From IMG/VR virus record IMGVR_UViG_3300027419_000049, positions 1 to 46,182 of that record: DNA of 46,182 bases, one strand, 5' to 3'. A program made the position numbers and the translations under genes. The stretch is from a virus. Lineage: Duplodnaviria > Caudoviricetes. Positions 36,184 to 45,709 of the stretch are shown piece after piece (positions within the stretch are counted from its first letter, which is position 1; each line of letters starts with the position of its first letter). The notes under the pieces were generated by a model. That model saw only the letters and a list, made by a program, of their open reading frames with translations. It had not been told where the DNA came from and searched no databases.

Positions 36184-38034
36184 TTATGCCGGACGTCTTT
36201 CGAGAATGAGAGCGGACTTCGGTCTGGTCAGAGCGCCGGAGACACGGGTCTCAATCAGATACTTCTGCTGGTTGTAGTCGATGTCAAAGTCGTCGAACAT
36301 CGCAACCTGGCCGCCCTTATCAGCGCCGATGGTATAGTCTTTGGGGTTGACGATAACGCCGAGGATGTCGTTGGTATGGGTCTCATCAACCTTACGGGTT
36401 GCGCCGTTCATGGGCTCGACTTCAACAATCTTGCTTACGCGCAGAACGTTGGCGAGTTCCTGGACACTTGAATAGACACGACGCTGCATGCCGTCCTTAA
36501 TGAGGAGCATCTCGGTAAGGAGGTCTGTGGATGTCCACAGAGTCGGGTTACCAGAGCCCTTATAGAACTTGCGCAGACGGATAAACTCATCGATGACTTC
36601 ATCGGTTGTAGCCGCATGTGCGACGTCGCCTCTATGTACGTACAAAGAATCGTTGTCTTTGAGGATGGGGCGAATGTTCTGCTCGTTGATCTTATCTTCG
36701 TCAGAAACGTCACGGCCGTCTCCGATGAGGGCTGCAACAGCCAGTTCCTCGTTGAGCATGCCGCGCATTTCGTTTTTGAGCCAGATAACAACGTCGAAAT
36801 CGGTAATGTCAACGATGTCGTCACGGTCAAGTTTCTGCTTCTTATAGATGGTTGTGGGAGTTGTAACGCGCTTAAGCAGCGGAACAATCTCTTCCTTCTT
36901 CAGAGAACCGGTGACGTAACCCTTCGCACGAGCGTTATCCGCTGTGATGTCGGCTACGACAGTCTTGATTCTGGAGAACGGAGTGTGGGTGCACTCACCA
37001 AGGAAGATGGTAACCCAAGAGTCCTCACGCTTGAGGGTCTGAGGACCATTCTCATCAGTGTAGCGAGCATCCGGGAACAGAACGTCAATAGGGTCGAGAC
37101 CATAAGTCTCAGCGTGCTGAATAAAGCTCTCTTTAAGAGAACCGCAGCGCTTAGCGTCGGCTACAATCTCACCGATCTGGTCGTGGGTAAGAACATTCTT
37201 AGATGCGGGCTCGGCGGATTTGTCAAATACGTTATTTTTCATAATTGAATCTCCTTCTTCGTCATAATGTTTGATGTCTCCATCATTGGATTGGTCGATT
37301 GCTTCTGCAATCAGAGCGTAAACAACGGTCTTCTGGTCTTCATCGAAGGTAGCAAACACGTCAGCGACGGTCTTTTCTCCGCCAGCGTGTTCAATAACTT
37401 CATCGCCTTCTTCACCATCGTCATGTTGGGCGTCGCCTCCAGCATCGCTAAGTGCTTGGGCTACAAGAGCATAGACGACATTTTTCTGCTCTTCATCGAA
37501 GGTTTCGAACACCTCGGCGACTGTTTTGTCGTCGGAGGATTCTTTAACCGCCGGTTTATCATCGGCGTGACTAAGAGCGATCTGCATGGATATGATGGCT
37601 TCTGATTCGTCGATATCAAAGGTTCCATCACCGTGCGCAAAGTTGAGATTCTCGATATATGCACCGGGATTAGCACCCGAAAGCACGAGACTGACCTCAC
37701 GTATTGCGCCATGCATAACTCGCTTGGCCTGTTCCTGGAGCTGATTTGCCCATATTGAAAGCGAGGAAATGTCACCATGAGCGACAAGTTTCTTGGCATT
37801 CTGGCCGGCTACTGTGTCGTTAAACGAGCAATAGCAATATACTCCATCCTCACGATTTTCGAGAATGGCGTGACCTAGGATATTCGCTGGGTCATTATGC
37901 ATGTGCTGCCACACGAGTGGGACCTGAGTGCCGTCTTGATGTTTGAACGCATCTTTAAGGATAGTTCGCCCATCTGTGCATTTAAGATCGTTTCTGGTGG
38001 CATAACCATCAAAATCACACTTAATTTTACCCAT
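36184..38034 (-). CDS. Prohead protease-major capsid fusion (HK97 fold)
   Basis: PLVWQH, LSI, EVSLV..GANP protease motifs; acidic linker; capsid domain. Confidence 0.9.
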   Translation of the reverse strand: MGKIKCDFDGYATRNDLKCTDGRTILKDAFKHQDGTQVPLVWQHMHNDPANILGHAILENREDGVYCYCSFNDTVAGQNAKKLVAHGDISSLSIWANQLQEQAKRVMHGAIREVSLVLSGANPGAYIENLNFAHGDGTFDIDESEAIISMQIALSHADDKPAVKESSDDKTVAEVFETFDEEQKNVVYALVAQALSDAGGDAQHDDGEEGDEVIEHAGGEKTVADVFATFDEDQKTVVYALIAEAIDQSNDGDIKHYDEEGDSIMKNNVFDKSAEPASKNVLTHDQIGEIVADAKRCGSLKESFIQHAETYGLDPIDVLFPDARYTDENGPQTLKREDSWVTIFLGECTHTPFSRIKTVVADITADNARAKGYVTGSLKKEEIVPLLKRVTTPTTIYKKQKLDRDDIVDITDFDVVIWLKNEMRGMLNEELAVAALIGDGRDVSDEDKINEQNIRPILKDNDSLYVHRGDVAHAATTDEVIDEFIRLRKFYKGSGNPTLWTSTDLLTEMLLIKDGMQRRVYSSVQELANVLRVSKIVEVEPMNGATRKVDETHTNDILGVIVNPKDYTIGADKGGQVAMFDDFDIDYNQQKYLIETRVSGALTRPKSALILERRPA

Positions 38035-38038
38035 TATG

Positions 38039-39289
38039 TTAGACTCCTTTCGAATTTTCTGCACCATCTGACTTTGGCTCCGTAGGAGTCGTATCGGGAG
38101 GTGCGTTTATGTTCTTGTTCCTGAGTTGATCAGCCTTAGGATCCGCTGATGGTTTCCAACCAATAATGGCACGAACATCATTGGACGATAAGACCTCATT
38201 CCTAGTAAACTTGTCGGCAACTTCTGCCAAATCCTTTACAGGTACAAGTTTAAAGGGATCATTAAAGAACATGATAGTTTGCTTTTGAGTACGTGCTGTT
38301 TTGGTAAGAAATTTGCGTTTGAACTCGTCAACTATTGCAGAAACGATCACGGAAACTGATCGGTTCTGATAGTTTAACATCGTCGCCTCATCTGCTTTAC
38401 CAGTAAACACATCTTCTGTTAAACCTAACTGGCTATACAGCATACTCGTTAGATATTGAATCTGTGACATAAGGTTGTTCTCGGCGGGGCGATTAAGTTG
38501 GGTAATGCGTTCAGTACCATCGGTATACGCAATACCATATGTGCTACCGGAAAGTTGCATCTCAACATCTTTCCGACGCTTCTCCGCTTCCAGACGACGT
38601 GCCTCGGTTTTGATTACGTATGGAAGTTGGATTATAAGGTCAAGTTTGCCTGCTCCACTCTGTTCGTCAATAGCATCCAGGATTGCTAGCTTTCGAATAA
38701 GCCGCTTGAGGGTACTATTTGGTTCATTCATGACGGCATATAATGGATTCTCGATTATGGCAACCATGTTTTTTGGAAGGGTAAGTTCTTCTTGCAATCC
38801 CGTGTCTTCGTTGTAGAGTTTAACTCGAACACTTTTAGGATACCATTGAACTATCCTTGCCGTACGGAGAGACTGAATGTCATAAGACCCAGACACCTTT
38901 GGGTCAATCGTTGTATCAACTGGAACTACGGCTACAACGCCTTCGTCGAACATCGATAAGACGAGATCTTGAATAAACGCTTTGCTGGTTTGATCAAGAT
39001 TAGCTTCCTCGTTTAGACAATAGTTAATGCCCGATTGGACAGTCTCAAGAAATCTCCCATTTTGATCCACTCTGACATGTTGCATGGAAACAGCAGCTAC
39101 GTCCAAGGCAATCCGATTGTAAACGGAGATGATGACTGACCGTTCGTTTGTTACATGGAGTCTGACCCGATCTTGTCTTCTTGACGAACCGTATCCAGTG
39201 TCTTGGTATTGGTTGGTGGGGTCACGACTCCTGAACGCATTCCAACCATGCTGTAGTCTTTTGGTAAGTGGTTCTGGCAACCGGATCAC
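38039..39289 (-). CDS. Portal protein
   Basis: NRIALDVA, SSNDVRAIIG; position between terminase and capsid. Confidence 0.88.
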   Translation of the reverse strand: MIRLPEPLTKRLQHGWNAFRSRDPTNQYQDTGYGSSRRQDRVRLHVTNERSVIISVYNRIALDVAAVSMQHVRVDQNGRFLETVQSGINYCLNEEANLDQTSKAFIQDLVLSMFDEGVVAVVPVDTTIDPKVSGSYDIQSLRTARIVQWYPKSVRVKLYNEDTGLQEELTLPKNMVAIIENPLYAVMNEPNSTLKRLIRKLAILDAIDEQSGAGKLDLIIQLPYVIKTEARRLEAEKRRKDVEMQLSGSTYGIAYTDGTERITQLNRPAENNLMSQIQYLTSMLYSQLGLTEDVFTGKADEATMLNYQNRSVSVIVSAIVDEFKRKFLTKTARTQKQTIMFFNDPFKLVPVKDLAEVADKFTRNEVLSSNDVRAIIGWKPSADPKADQLRNKNINAPPDTTPTEPKSDGAENSKGV

Positions 39290-39909
39290 CTCCTTCTATT
39301 ATCAATAATTGCCATGTCATCATTAGACCAGATGACGTTGTCAACGGTCTGTGGCAGGATGTTACGGCCCCACGCGTTGAATTGGTCCTCATTGGCTTGA
39401 CGAGACGCTCTAACTTGTGCCATCTTAAGTCCGCCAACAGCAACCCCAACGTATGCTGCTTTGACACCGACTCCTATACCAGTTTGTATAAGATCTTCTT
39501 TTGTAAAGACCCTATCCTTCGTTCCTGGCTGTCGCTTTCCAGAATTGGTGTAGCGTTTAGAAGCCGATTTAGCTAGCGCATCTTGGATGGATACCTGTGA
39601 AGCGGTGCTTATAGCGATACCCGTGATGTCTCTAAGAATGTCTTTCTTGGTTATCTGCTTACCGAGAAGATACTTCTGAAAGGCCTCTTTAACTACAACT
39701 TTGGCAGTTGCCGCAGCCGCAGTCTTTGTGATTCTGGCCGCTGCCGATTGATTACGGTATTTAAACCGTTTAGCATCGGAAGCATTCACGTTTTTGTTGT
39801 TTTGAATCTTAGAAAGCTTGGCTCGATAGTCCGCTTCTCGTTCTTTGCGAACTCCCCACTGCATTCCTTTTTTGCCATAGTGGGCTAAGGACTCTTCCAA
39901 TCGCAGCAC
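39286..39909 (-). CDS. HYG-tag (DUF7211-like) protein with basic/amphipathic cargo
   Basis: SLAHYGKKGMQWGVR. Confidence 0.8.
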   Translation of the reverse strand: MLRLEESLAHYGKKGMQWGVRKEREADYRAKLSKIQNNKNVNASDAKRFKYRNQSAAARITKTAAAATAKVVVKEAFQKYLLGKQITKKDILRDITGIAISTASQVSIQDALAKSASKRYTNSGKRQPGTKDRVFTKEDLIQTGIGVGVKAAYVGVAVGGLKMAQVRASRQANEDQFNAWGRNILPQTVDNVIWSNDDMAIIDNRRR

Positions 39910-39937
39910 CTCCTATTTTGATTGGTTGGTGCCTCCA

Positions 39938-40900
39938 TTAGTAGGCGTTACCAAGAGCCACGCGACGCCAGTTCTTTTGGGCGGTAGTGTTGCCAGCAAG
40001 GCAGACATACATATAGGTGGCGTCTACCATAATCTTCATTCCGGTCGCGACAGTGCCGTTGACTCCGCCACTCAGTTTTGTAGCGCCGCCAGTAAACGAG
40101 CCGTTAGCCATGGTCTCACCGATTGTGATGTTGTTACCAATAGCACCAGCTATGTCAGCAGAAAGAACGACTGTGTTACCAGCGCCGCTTGCGCCTGTAA
40201 CCCCCTGAGTATCGTGAGCGAGGATGGCTGCGACGATCGCTGTGACCGTATTGACTGCTGTGCAGTTTGTTCCCGAGCCAAGGGTGGCCGCCGCAAAGAC
40301 GTTTGTTCCGGCTGTAAAAGTTTCGGTTGTGACAATAGCATTACCGGCTGTTCCGCCGACAAGAGCTGTTATCACACAGGCGTTTACTGCAAAGGCCGCC
40401 GCGGTGACAGAAGGATGAGGACTGTTAACGCCATCGGTTCCATTAATTGCTGCAACCAGAGCCAACTGAGCAGCCGCTACGTCAACACCAATTGAAATTT
40501 CCCCAGGAGCATTGGCTGTCCCGACTGGAACGAATATGTAGGTCTTGGCTCCGATCGTTATGGTATCGCCAGCCGTTGGTCTTACGTCCATAGTCAATGT
40601 GCCGAAGCCCTTGACCGTATTGTCCGTAATGTCGATTGCAATGTTGGTAGGCGCCGTCTTTGTCTGGGCTTCGTCAGCTAGAAACTCGTAGACATCTGCG
40701 CCGATTGTGATTGTTTCGCCATCAACCGAGATTCCGGATATGGTAAGGGTTTCGGTAGCGGAGACAGCGTTCACCGGAGTTCCAGTTTCGCCGACGCAAC
40801 CAATGATTTCATCAAGTTTGGTTCCGAGACTTACCGTCGGATTCAATCGCTGGGAAATACTGTTAAGAATCTTACGTTCGAGAGTAGACAATTTGTTCAT
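39938..40900 (-). CDS. Thr/Ala/Gly-rich virion protein (head fibre/decoration-like)
   Basis: Nested repeat GETITIGADVYEF / GDTITIGAKTYIF; C-terminal YMYVC...WRRVAL. Confidence 0.65.
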   Translation of the reverse strand: MNKLSTLERKILNSISQRLNPTVSLGTKLDEIIGCVGETGTPVNAVSATETLTISGISVDGETITIGADVYEFLADEAQTKTAPTNIAIDITDNTVKGFGTLTMDVRPTAGDTITIGAKTYIFVPVGTANAPGEISIGVDVAAAQLALVAAINGTDGVNSPHPSVTAAAFAVNACVITALVGGTAGNAIVTTETFTAGTNVFAAATLGSGTNCTAVNTVTAIVAAILAHDTQGVTGASGAGNTVVLSADIAGAIGNNITIGETMANGSFTGGATKLSGGVNGTVATGMKIMVDATYMYVCLAGNTTAQKNWRRVALGNAY

Positions 40901-40917
40901 TTTATAGTCTCCTTTTC

Positions 40918-42669
40918 TTATTCGAATGTGTCTTTATGAAGTTTGTAAGCAATCCACGCATCCATCATAGCGGATACACTATCAATTTTCTGATCATATC
41001 GCTTCTTAAGAAGTTTGCGGTTGCCGTTTGTGTCTTCAAGCGTGATGGCATTACCCATGGCAAAAGCCATTAGTTCTTGGTCAAATATGAGCATACGCTC
41101 TTCAGATAGGGTCTTCAATTCACCAAGTGGAACCGACTCGGTCTTAATACCTTGTATAACTTTCTCAATTCCGTATGGGCCGTTCTCTGTTTCCCAACGA
41201 GTGACAAATTCTTTAGCGTTATATGGGTCGAACCCAAAGCAACGAACGTCATATTCACTATCAATAATAAATTTATCAAGATCGTCATAGACATCCATCA
41301 TATCAAGAACGGTACACTCAAGAACCATGAGACTTCCTTCTTTTATGAACTCGTCATACTTTATACGCATAGCACCTGGAAGTTTCATAAGAGTTAAAGA
41401 CGAAATATAGCATCGAGTCTTAATCCCAAACAATCCTTTAGGAAGGGGAAACATAAAAGTAAAGGCACAGAAGTCGTCTCCTTGAGAAAGATCGGCACCG
41501 AGGGCACATGGTAACGACCAAAAGGCCTTCTCTTTATATCTATGCGGAATGGTTTCCTCATAAGTAAAGAAGTAGGTATAGCCTTCCATTGGGATGCCAA
41601 ATCGTTTGGCTAGTATATCGTTTCGAGTTGCAGGAGCGTTTTCAGCTCTCTCAACATCGAGTTGATAGGTCTCATAAGTTACTGTCTTGCCAATATTTGG
41701 TTGAGCCTTAACCCACATTGCTGGGTCGGACACTTCTGTTACATCGTCGAGTCTATAGTACCAAATTGAAACGTGCGGGTTTATGTACTCGCCCTTGAGG
41801 ATGTTCATCAGTTCCATCTTGATAGTATCGCCTGAACTGTTACGGACGGTACCTTCGGAACTCATGGCAATTATGAGATAGTCATCCAGTTTGGACGCGC
41901 CTTGCTCAATCGCACCAACCACGTCTTCTCGAATATCACCAGAAAGCCATTCGTCGACAGTAGAAATCTTAGGTCTAAGACCTTGGAGTTTGTCGATGGC
42001 CATTGGGCGAATCTCAAGTATAGAGCCAGTAAGGAAGTTTTCAACGCCCTTCTTGGTTGATGCTAACTTAACACGATTAGCCCTAGAACCTGTCGTGTTT
42101 TGTAATGAGCCTTCAGTTAAGAACTTAAACAGCGGTCCTCGCGAGCGCGTAATAGCTGTCCGAATTGGAGACATCACTTCGTCGGCTTGTTTCATTGTTG
42201 GGGCCGTCGTGATTTGGTGGGTTGTAGAGGTATCAACGTTTAGGAAGTAATCCTGTATGCAGGAACCGTACATAGATTTGGCTCCGCCACGAGCAACAAT
42301 CAAATATTGCTTGTTGATGAGCCGCTTCTTAATCATCTTGCGGACATATTTTCCGCCACGATTGTCTGGATCCGGCTCGTAGATACTCCTTTCCACAAAA
42401 TAATACCAACCAAAAACCTGTTCGGCCCAAAGTTTAAAAGTGTCTAGGAGCATCAAATCTGCGCCATCCGTTAGCGTAAGTTCATTTTCACAGAATAGAA
42501 CAAAACCCTCAACGGCATCCTCATCGTAGTAGATACCTTTATTAGCAATCAAATCGTCTATTCGGTTCATCTCCATAGAGATTTCCTTACAGACTGGAAT
42601 ATTACCTCTCAGTACCTCTTCACGGAATTGCCCATAGTATTTTGGGGTGGCGGTGTTTGATAGTCCCAT
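40918..42669 (-). CDS. terL: Terminase large subunit
   Basis: Walker A VARGGAKS, Walker B VDEW, nuclease GADLS, FDPY, KIDSVSA. Confidence 0.93.
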   Translation of the reverse strand: MGLSNTATPKYYGQFREEVLRGNIPVCKEISMEMNRIDDLIANKGIYYDEDAVEGFVLFCENELTLTDGADLMLLDTFKLWAEQVFGWYYFVERSIYEPDPDNRGGKYVRKMIKKRLINKQYLIVARGGAKSMYGSCIQDYFLNVDTSTTHQITTAPTMKQADEVMSPIRTAITRSRGPLFKFLTEGSLQNTTGSRANRVKLASTKKGVENFLTGSILEIRPMAIDKLQGLRPKISTVDEWLSGDIREDVVGAIEQGASKLDDYLIIAMSSEGTVRNSSGDTIKMELMNILKGEYINPHVSIWYYRLDDVTEVSDPAMWVKAQPNIGKTVTYETYQLDVERAENAPATRNDILAKRFGIPMEGYTYFFTYEETIPHRYKEKAFWSLPCALGADLSQGDDFCAFTFMFPLPKGLFGIKTRCYISSLTLMKLPGAMRIKYDEFIKEGSLMVLECTVLDMMDVYDDLDKFIIDSEYDVRCFGFDPYNAKEFVTRWETENGPYGIEKVIQGIKTESVPLGELKTLSEERMLIFDQELMAFAMGNAITLEDTNGNRKLLKKRYDQKIDSVSAMMDAWIAYKLHKDTFE

Positions 42670-42679
42670 AAATCACCGG

Positions 42680-43294
42680 TTAATCCTTTGGTGTCTGACG
42701 ATCCATTAGTTCTTTATATATGCGCTGATTAATGTCCCTAAGATCGTTAGTGTTTTGCCATAGGGTTACACGTCTGACTCGGTTACTAAGAGTATCCGCA
42801 TTTTTGGATGCTCTATCAGCCTGATCGGTTATGATCGGATGTTTGATTTGGTTCATTGTCACTTTGCCAGCCTCTGCTAACCAAACCTTTGGCGTTTTAT
42901 TAGCGGAATTAGCCAATAAAGAATCGGCATATTTTTTAGAAGCCGCTTGATACTCTTTTTCGGTTTTAGCTTCTTTTAACTTTTTTACAGCTTCGGCTTT
43001 AGCAGCCTTGTTTGCTTTTTTTTGAGCAATTTGAGCATCGACCCTAGAATTTATGTCTTTTACTTCTTTTGTTGTCTGGTATTGAGACCGTCGTATCTTC
43101 GTCCCAAGACTATCATTTTTTTGGGATTCTATAGTGGCCTTTGTGGTCATTATTGGATGAGTATAAGCGTTCAAATGCATTTTTGCGGATGCTCCATATC
43201 TGTCAGCAACCCTCGATCCTACTTTTCCGGCAGAACTTTTTCCCCATTTCATTCCAAGGACACCATAGTGCATGAGTTCATCTTGTGCTGTCAT
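42680..43294 (-). CDS. HYG-tag protein with duplicated basic domain
   Basis: ELMHYGVLGMKWG. Confidence 0.8.
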   Translation of the reverse strand: MTAQDELMHYGVLGMKWGKSSAGKVGSRVADRYGASAKMHLNAYTHPIMTTKATIESQKNDSLGTKIRRSQYQTTKEVKDINSRVDAQIAQKKANKAAKAEAVKKLKEAKTEKEYQAASKKYADSLLANSANKTPKVWLAEAGKVTMNQIKHPIITDQADRASKNADTLSNRVRRVTLWQNTNDLRDINQRIYKELMDRQTPKD

Positions 43295-43311
43295 TGTGAT
43301 TCCTCCCCCCT

Positions 43312-43704
43312 TTAATAAGCTTTTCCGACATCTGTTAAAATATCGGCAACGTATTTAGCCCCGCTCTCAATGCCTTTCTTAGCCACGTTCTTGACGGTTT
43401 CCTTGGCAATTTCTTTACCAGTAGATTTAAACAAGTCTGAAACGTAGGCCTTTCCTTTAGAAACAGAAGCCTTACTAAGGTCCTTATACTGCTTTTCAAG
43501 TTGCATTCTTCCCGTAAGTTCTTTAAGTTCAGCAGTTGTGAGGTTTTTTGTTCCTCGCTTTTTCATGTCCTGCATTCTCTTAAAATCTTCAGAAGGAGGG
43601 CCTTTTTTGGCTGATCCAGACTTTGATATCGATCCAGATCTACGAGTTCCCCATCTCATTCCTGGGACACCGTAGTGAGAAAGTTCGTTTTGGACTTGGT
43701 CCAT
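43312..43704 (-). CDS. HYG-tag protein, basic helical
   Basis: ELSHYGVPGMRWG; LTTAEL...RMQLEKQY. Confidence 0.8.
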   Translation of the reverse strand: MDQVQNELSHYGVPGMRWGTRRSGSISKSGSAKKGPPSEDFKRMQDMKKRGTKNLTTAELKELTGRMQLEKQYKDLSKASVSKGKAYVSDLFKSTGKEIAKETVKNVAKKGIESGAKYVADILTDVGKAY

Positions 43705-44045
43705 TATGTAGTACCTCCTTCGGCTTGAATATTCAGAGTGCTATCAAGTTCAGCAATCTGACTTTTTATTGCGTCGACAAGAAATCCACTCTGAGGCGGA
43801 TCAAAGATAAGACGAACCTTTAAGTAGATATAGGACTTAACTGCGTCCAAATCCTTACGCGTACCTATAAGTTCGGACCAGACATTTTCTTTATCCTTAA
43901 TAGAATAACCTCCGGGAGGCCCGATTCCAAGCTGATTCAGACGCATTATCGCAGAATTGATGTATATAATTATGTCAGTATCAAACTGCGTATCGTTTTC
44001 CCCAGGACCGAGAAGTTTTTTGATAGATGTTAAAATGCTTTCCAT
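43704..44045 (-). CDS. Head-tail adaptor protein
   Basis: SILTSIKKLLG, FDTDIIIYIN, VRLIFDPP. Confidence 0.7.
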   Translation of the reverse strand: MESILTSIKKLLGPGENDTQFDTDIIIYINSAIMRLNQLGIGPPGGYSIKDKENVWSELIGTRKDLDAVKSYIYLKVRLIFDPPQSGFLVDAIKSQIAELDSTLNIQAEGGTT

Positions 44046-44446
44046 AAACGAGTATCTCCTTTCCGACGTTCTTGCGGAAGACGTATTAAAAGCGACGAAT
44101 CGCCATAATGTATTGCATTGCTAGTACTATGTGAAACGCAGACAACGTTGTCTGGATCAAATAAACAATCTGCCGAGTTCTCAATATCTTCTATTGAGAT
44201 TGCATTAAGATGATGGAGTATGATGCGGTCAAAAATTTCTCTATCTGGAATTGCTAGATCACAACCATTGTCGCGAACTATCATATCTCGGCGAAATCTA
44301 CGCCATTCGTGTGAGTGATAAAAGACTTGATTTAAATATCGCTCAAATCCAAAAGTTTCTCGACCGACAACGCCACCGAGTCGAACGTATTCGAAGCGTT
44401 CTTCAAAAGTTGGAATACGACGAAGTTCTCTGTATGATCTATTCAT
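44030..44446 (-). CDS. HNH endonuclease (packaging-associated)
   Basis: RDNGCDL, ILHHLN, N...VSH...NAIH. Confidence 0.8.
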   Translation of the reverse strand: MNRSYRELRRIPTFEERFEYVRLGGVVGRETFGFERYLNQVFYHSHEWRRFRRDMIVRDNGCDLAIPDREIFDRIILHHLNAISIEDIENSADCLFDPDNVVCVSHSTSNAIHYGDSSLLIRLPQERRKGDTRLWKAF

Positions 44447-45245
44447 ATAATTGTTCCTCAACCCAGTTTTTTCCTAACTGTTTATATTGGTTCAATTCAT
44501 CTGAAGATTTTTTACGAAGTTCATCGGTTATAGTTGATACTGTTGTAATTTTAACAGTCTTCTCTGGAGAGAATAGTATTATAGGAGCTTTGGATACACC
44601 GGTTTGGTAATCATTCTCGTCTCTAACAGCATTAAAACCTTTCTTCTGAAAAGTCTCTCTAACCGTTTTTTGAACATACGGAGACGCTGCATCAAAATCT
44701 GGAGAGAAGGTCAGCGAAGTATTGACTGATGTATACCAAGCCTTTGCAGTCTTTCCAGTTGGATCTTTAGAAATAGTTTTTAACTCTTTATCTGAAATCT
44801 TATCACCCATCATGTTTGTGAAAGTATTTCTAAATTTAGAATCATTTAAAAACAGGTCATTAATAATTTTAGTTGCTTCATCCATACTTGGTGCTTTGAT
44901 TTTTTGAACAGCTGTTAGTTTTAAAACGGTATCACGACCGCCGCCAAAGAAACCTTTTCCACCAATGTACTTTATGTATTTTGCATTGTCAAAGTTTGTT
45001 AATGATGCATATGATAAATCCTTTAAAGGAAGGGATTGACCATTACTACGAACAAGACGCTGGAGTGATGCCCCTTTTTCAATAGACATTGATCCATCAG
45101 CTTTTACACTGATGTCTTTTGTTTTGACTTGAATATCTGACGTAGACTGAGACTTACGGCGACCCCATCTCATTCCAAGGATTCCGTAATGCGCAAGTTC
45201 GTCTAGTGGCGGTTTCATAAAATCATCTACAGTCATCATCGTCAC
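44439..45245 (-). CDS. HYG-tag protein with putative ART/RES-like domain
   Basis: ELAHYGILGMRWG; LQRL, SYAS, GFNAVRD.ND...PIILF. Confidence 0.75.
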   Translation of the reverse strand: MTMMTVDDFMKPPLDELAHYGILGMRWGRRKSQSTSDIQVKTKDISVKADGSMSIEKGASLQRLVRSNGQSLPLKDLSYASLTNFDNAKYIKYIGGKGFFGGGRDTVLKLTAVQKIKAPSMDEATKIINDLFLNDSKFRNTFTNMMGDKISDKELKTISKDPTGKTAKAWYTSVNTSLTFSPDFDAASPYVQKTVRETFQKKGFNAVRDENDYQTGVSKAPIILFSPEKTVKITTVSTITDELRKKSSDELNQYKQLGKNWVEEQLYE

Positions 45246-45570
45246 TCCGTTTCTCGCCTTTGTATTTACTCATTGCATCCAGAGCATTAGTATACAATTC
45301 TTCAATTCGTTTTGAAGATTGAATCTGGTCAGTCTTTGCTTTCTTCAACTCTATCTCTTGTTCAAGGATCTCTCTTTCTAGTCTAGCAGGTGTCGATCCG
45401 AGTTTCAAAAAATGAGTAGTCTCTTGTGAGGAGGCTGTCCCCTCTCTAAGCCGTTTTTCGACTAGATCCATGGATAAAGAGATCATTAGATTTTCCTGGG
45501 CTTCAAGCGTTTTAGCCGGAGGCCTCTTGGTTGGTGAGTTTTGCATAGGTTCATCTTTAGTTCTCATCAC
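45223..45570 (-). CDS. Putative terminase small subunit
   Basis: Helical/coiled-coil; GTASSQETTHFLKLGS; position upstream of HNH and TerL. Confidence 0.5.
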   Translation of the reverse strand: MMRTKDEPMQNSPTKRPPAKTLEAQENLMISLSMDLVEKRLREGTASSQETTHFLKLGSTPARLEREILEQEIELKKAKTDQIQSSKRIEELYTNALDAMSKYKGEKRSDDDDCR

Positions 45571-45603
45571 TAAAGACCCCCTTTCAAGTGAGTTTGGGTA
45601 GAC

Positions 45604-45707
45604 TTTGGGGACAGTTTAGAAATGACGACCACGCTCTTGAAAGGAGCCCCGGCTCACCACACCGGAGAAGTGGATCAACGCGTCGTCATTCCTAAACCGT
45701 CCCCAAA
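45604..45707 (-). ncRNA. Candidate structured RNA (26-bp stem, pseudoknot, anti-SD loop)
   Basis: Long inverted repeat whose two mismatches are G-U pairs on the - strand. Confidence 0.65.
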
Positions 45708-45709
45708 AT

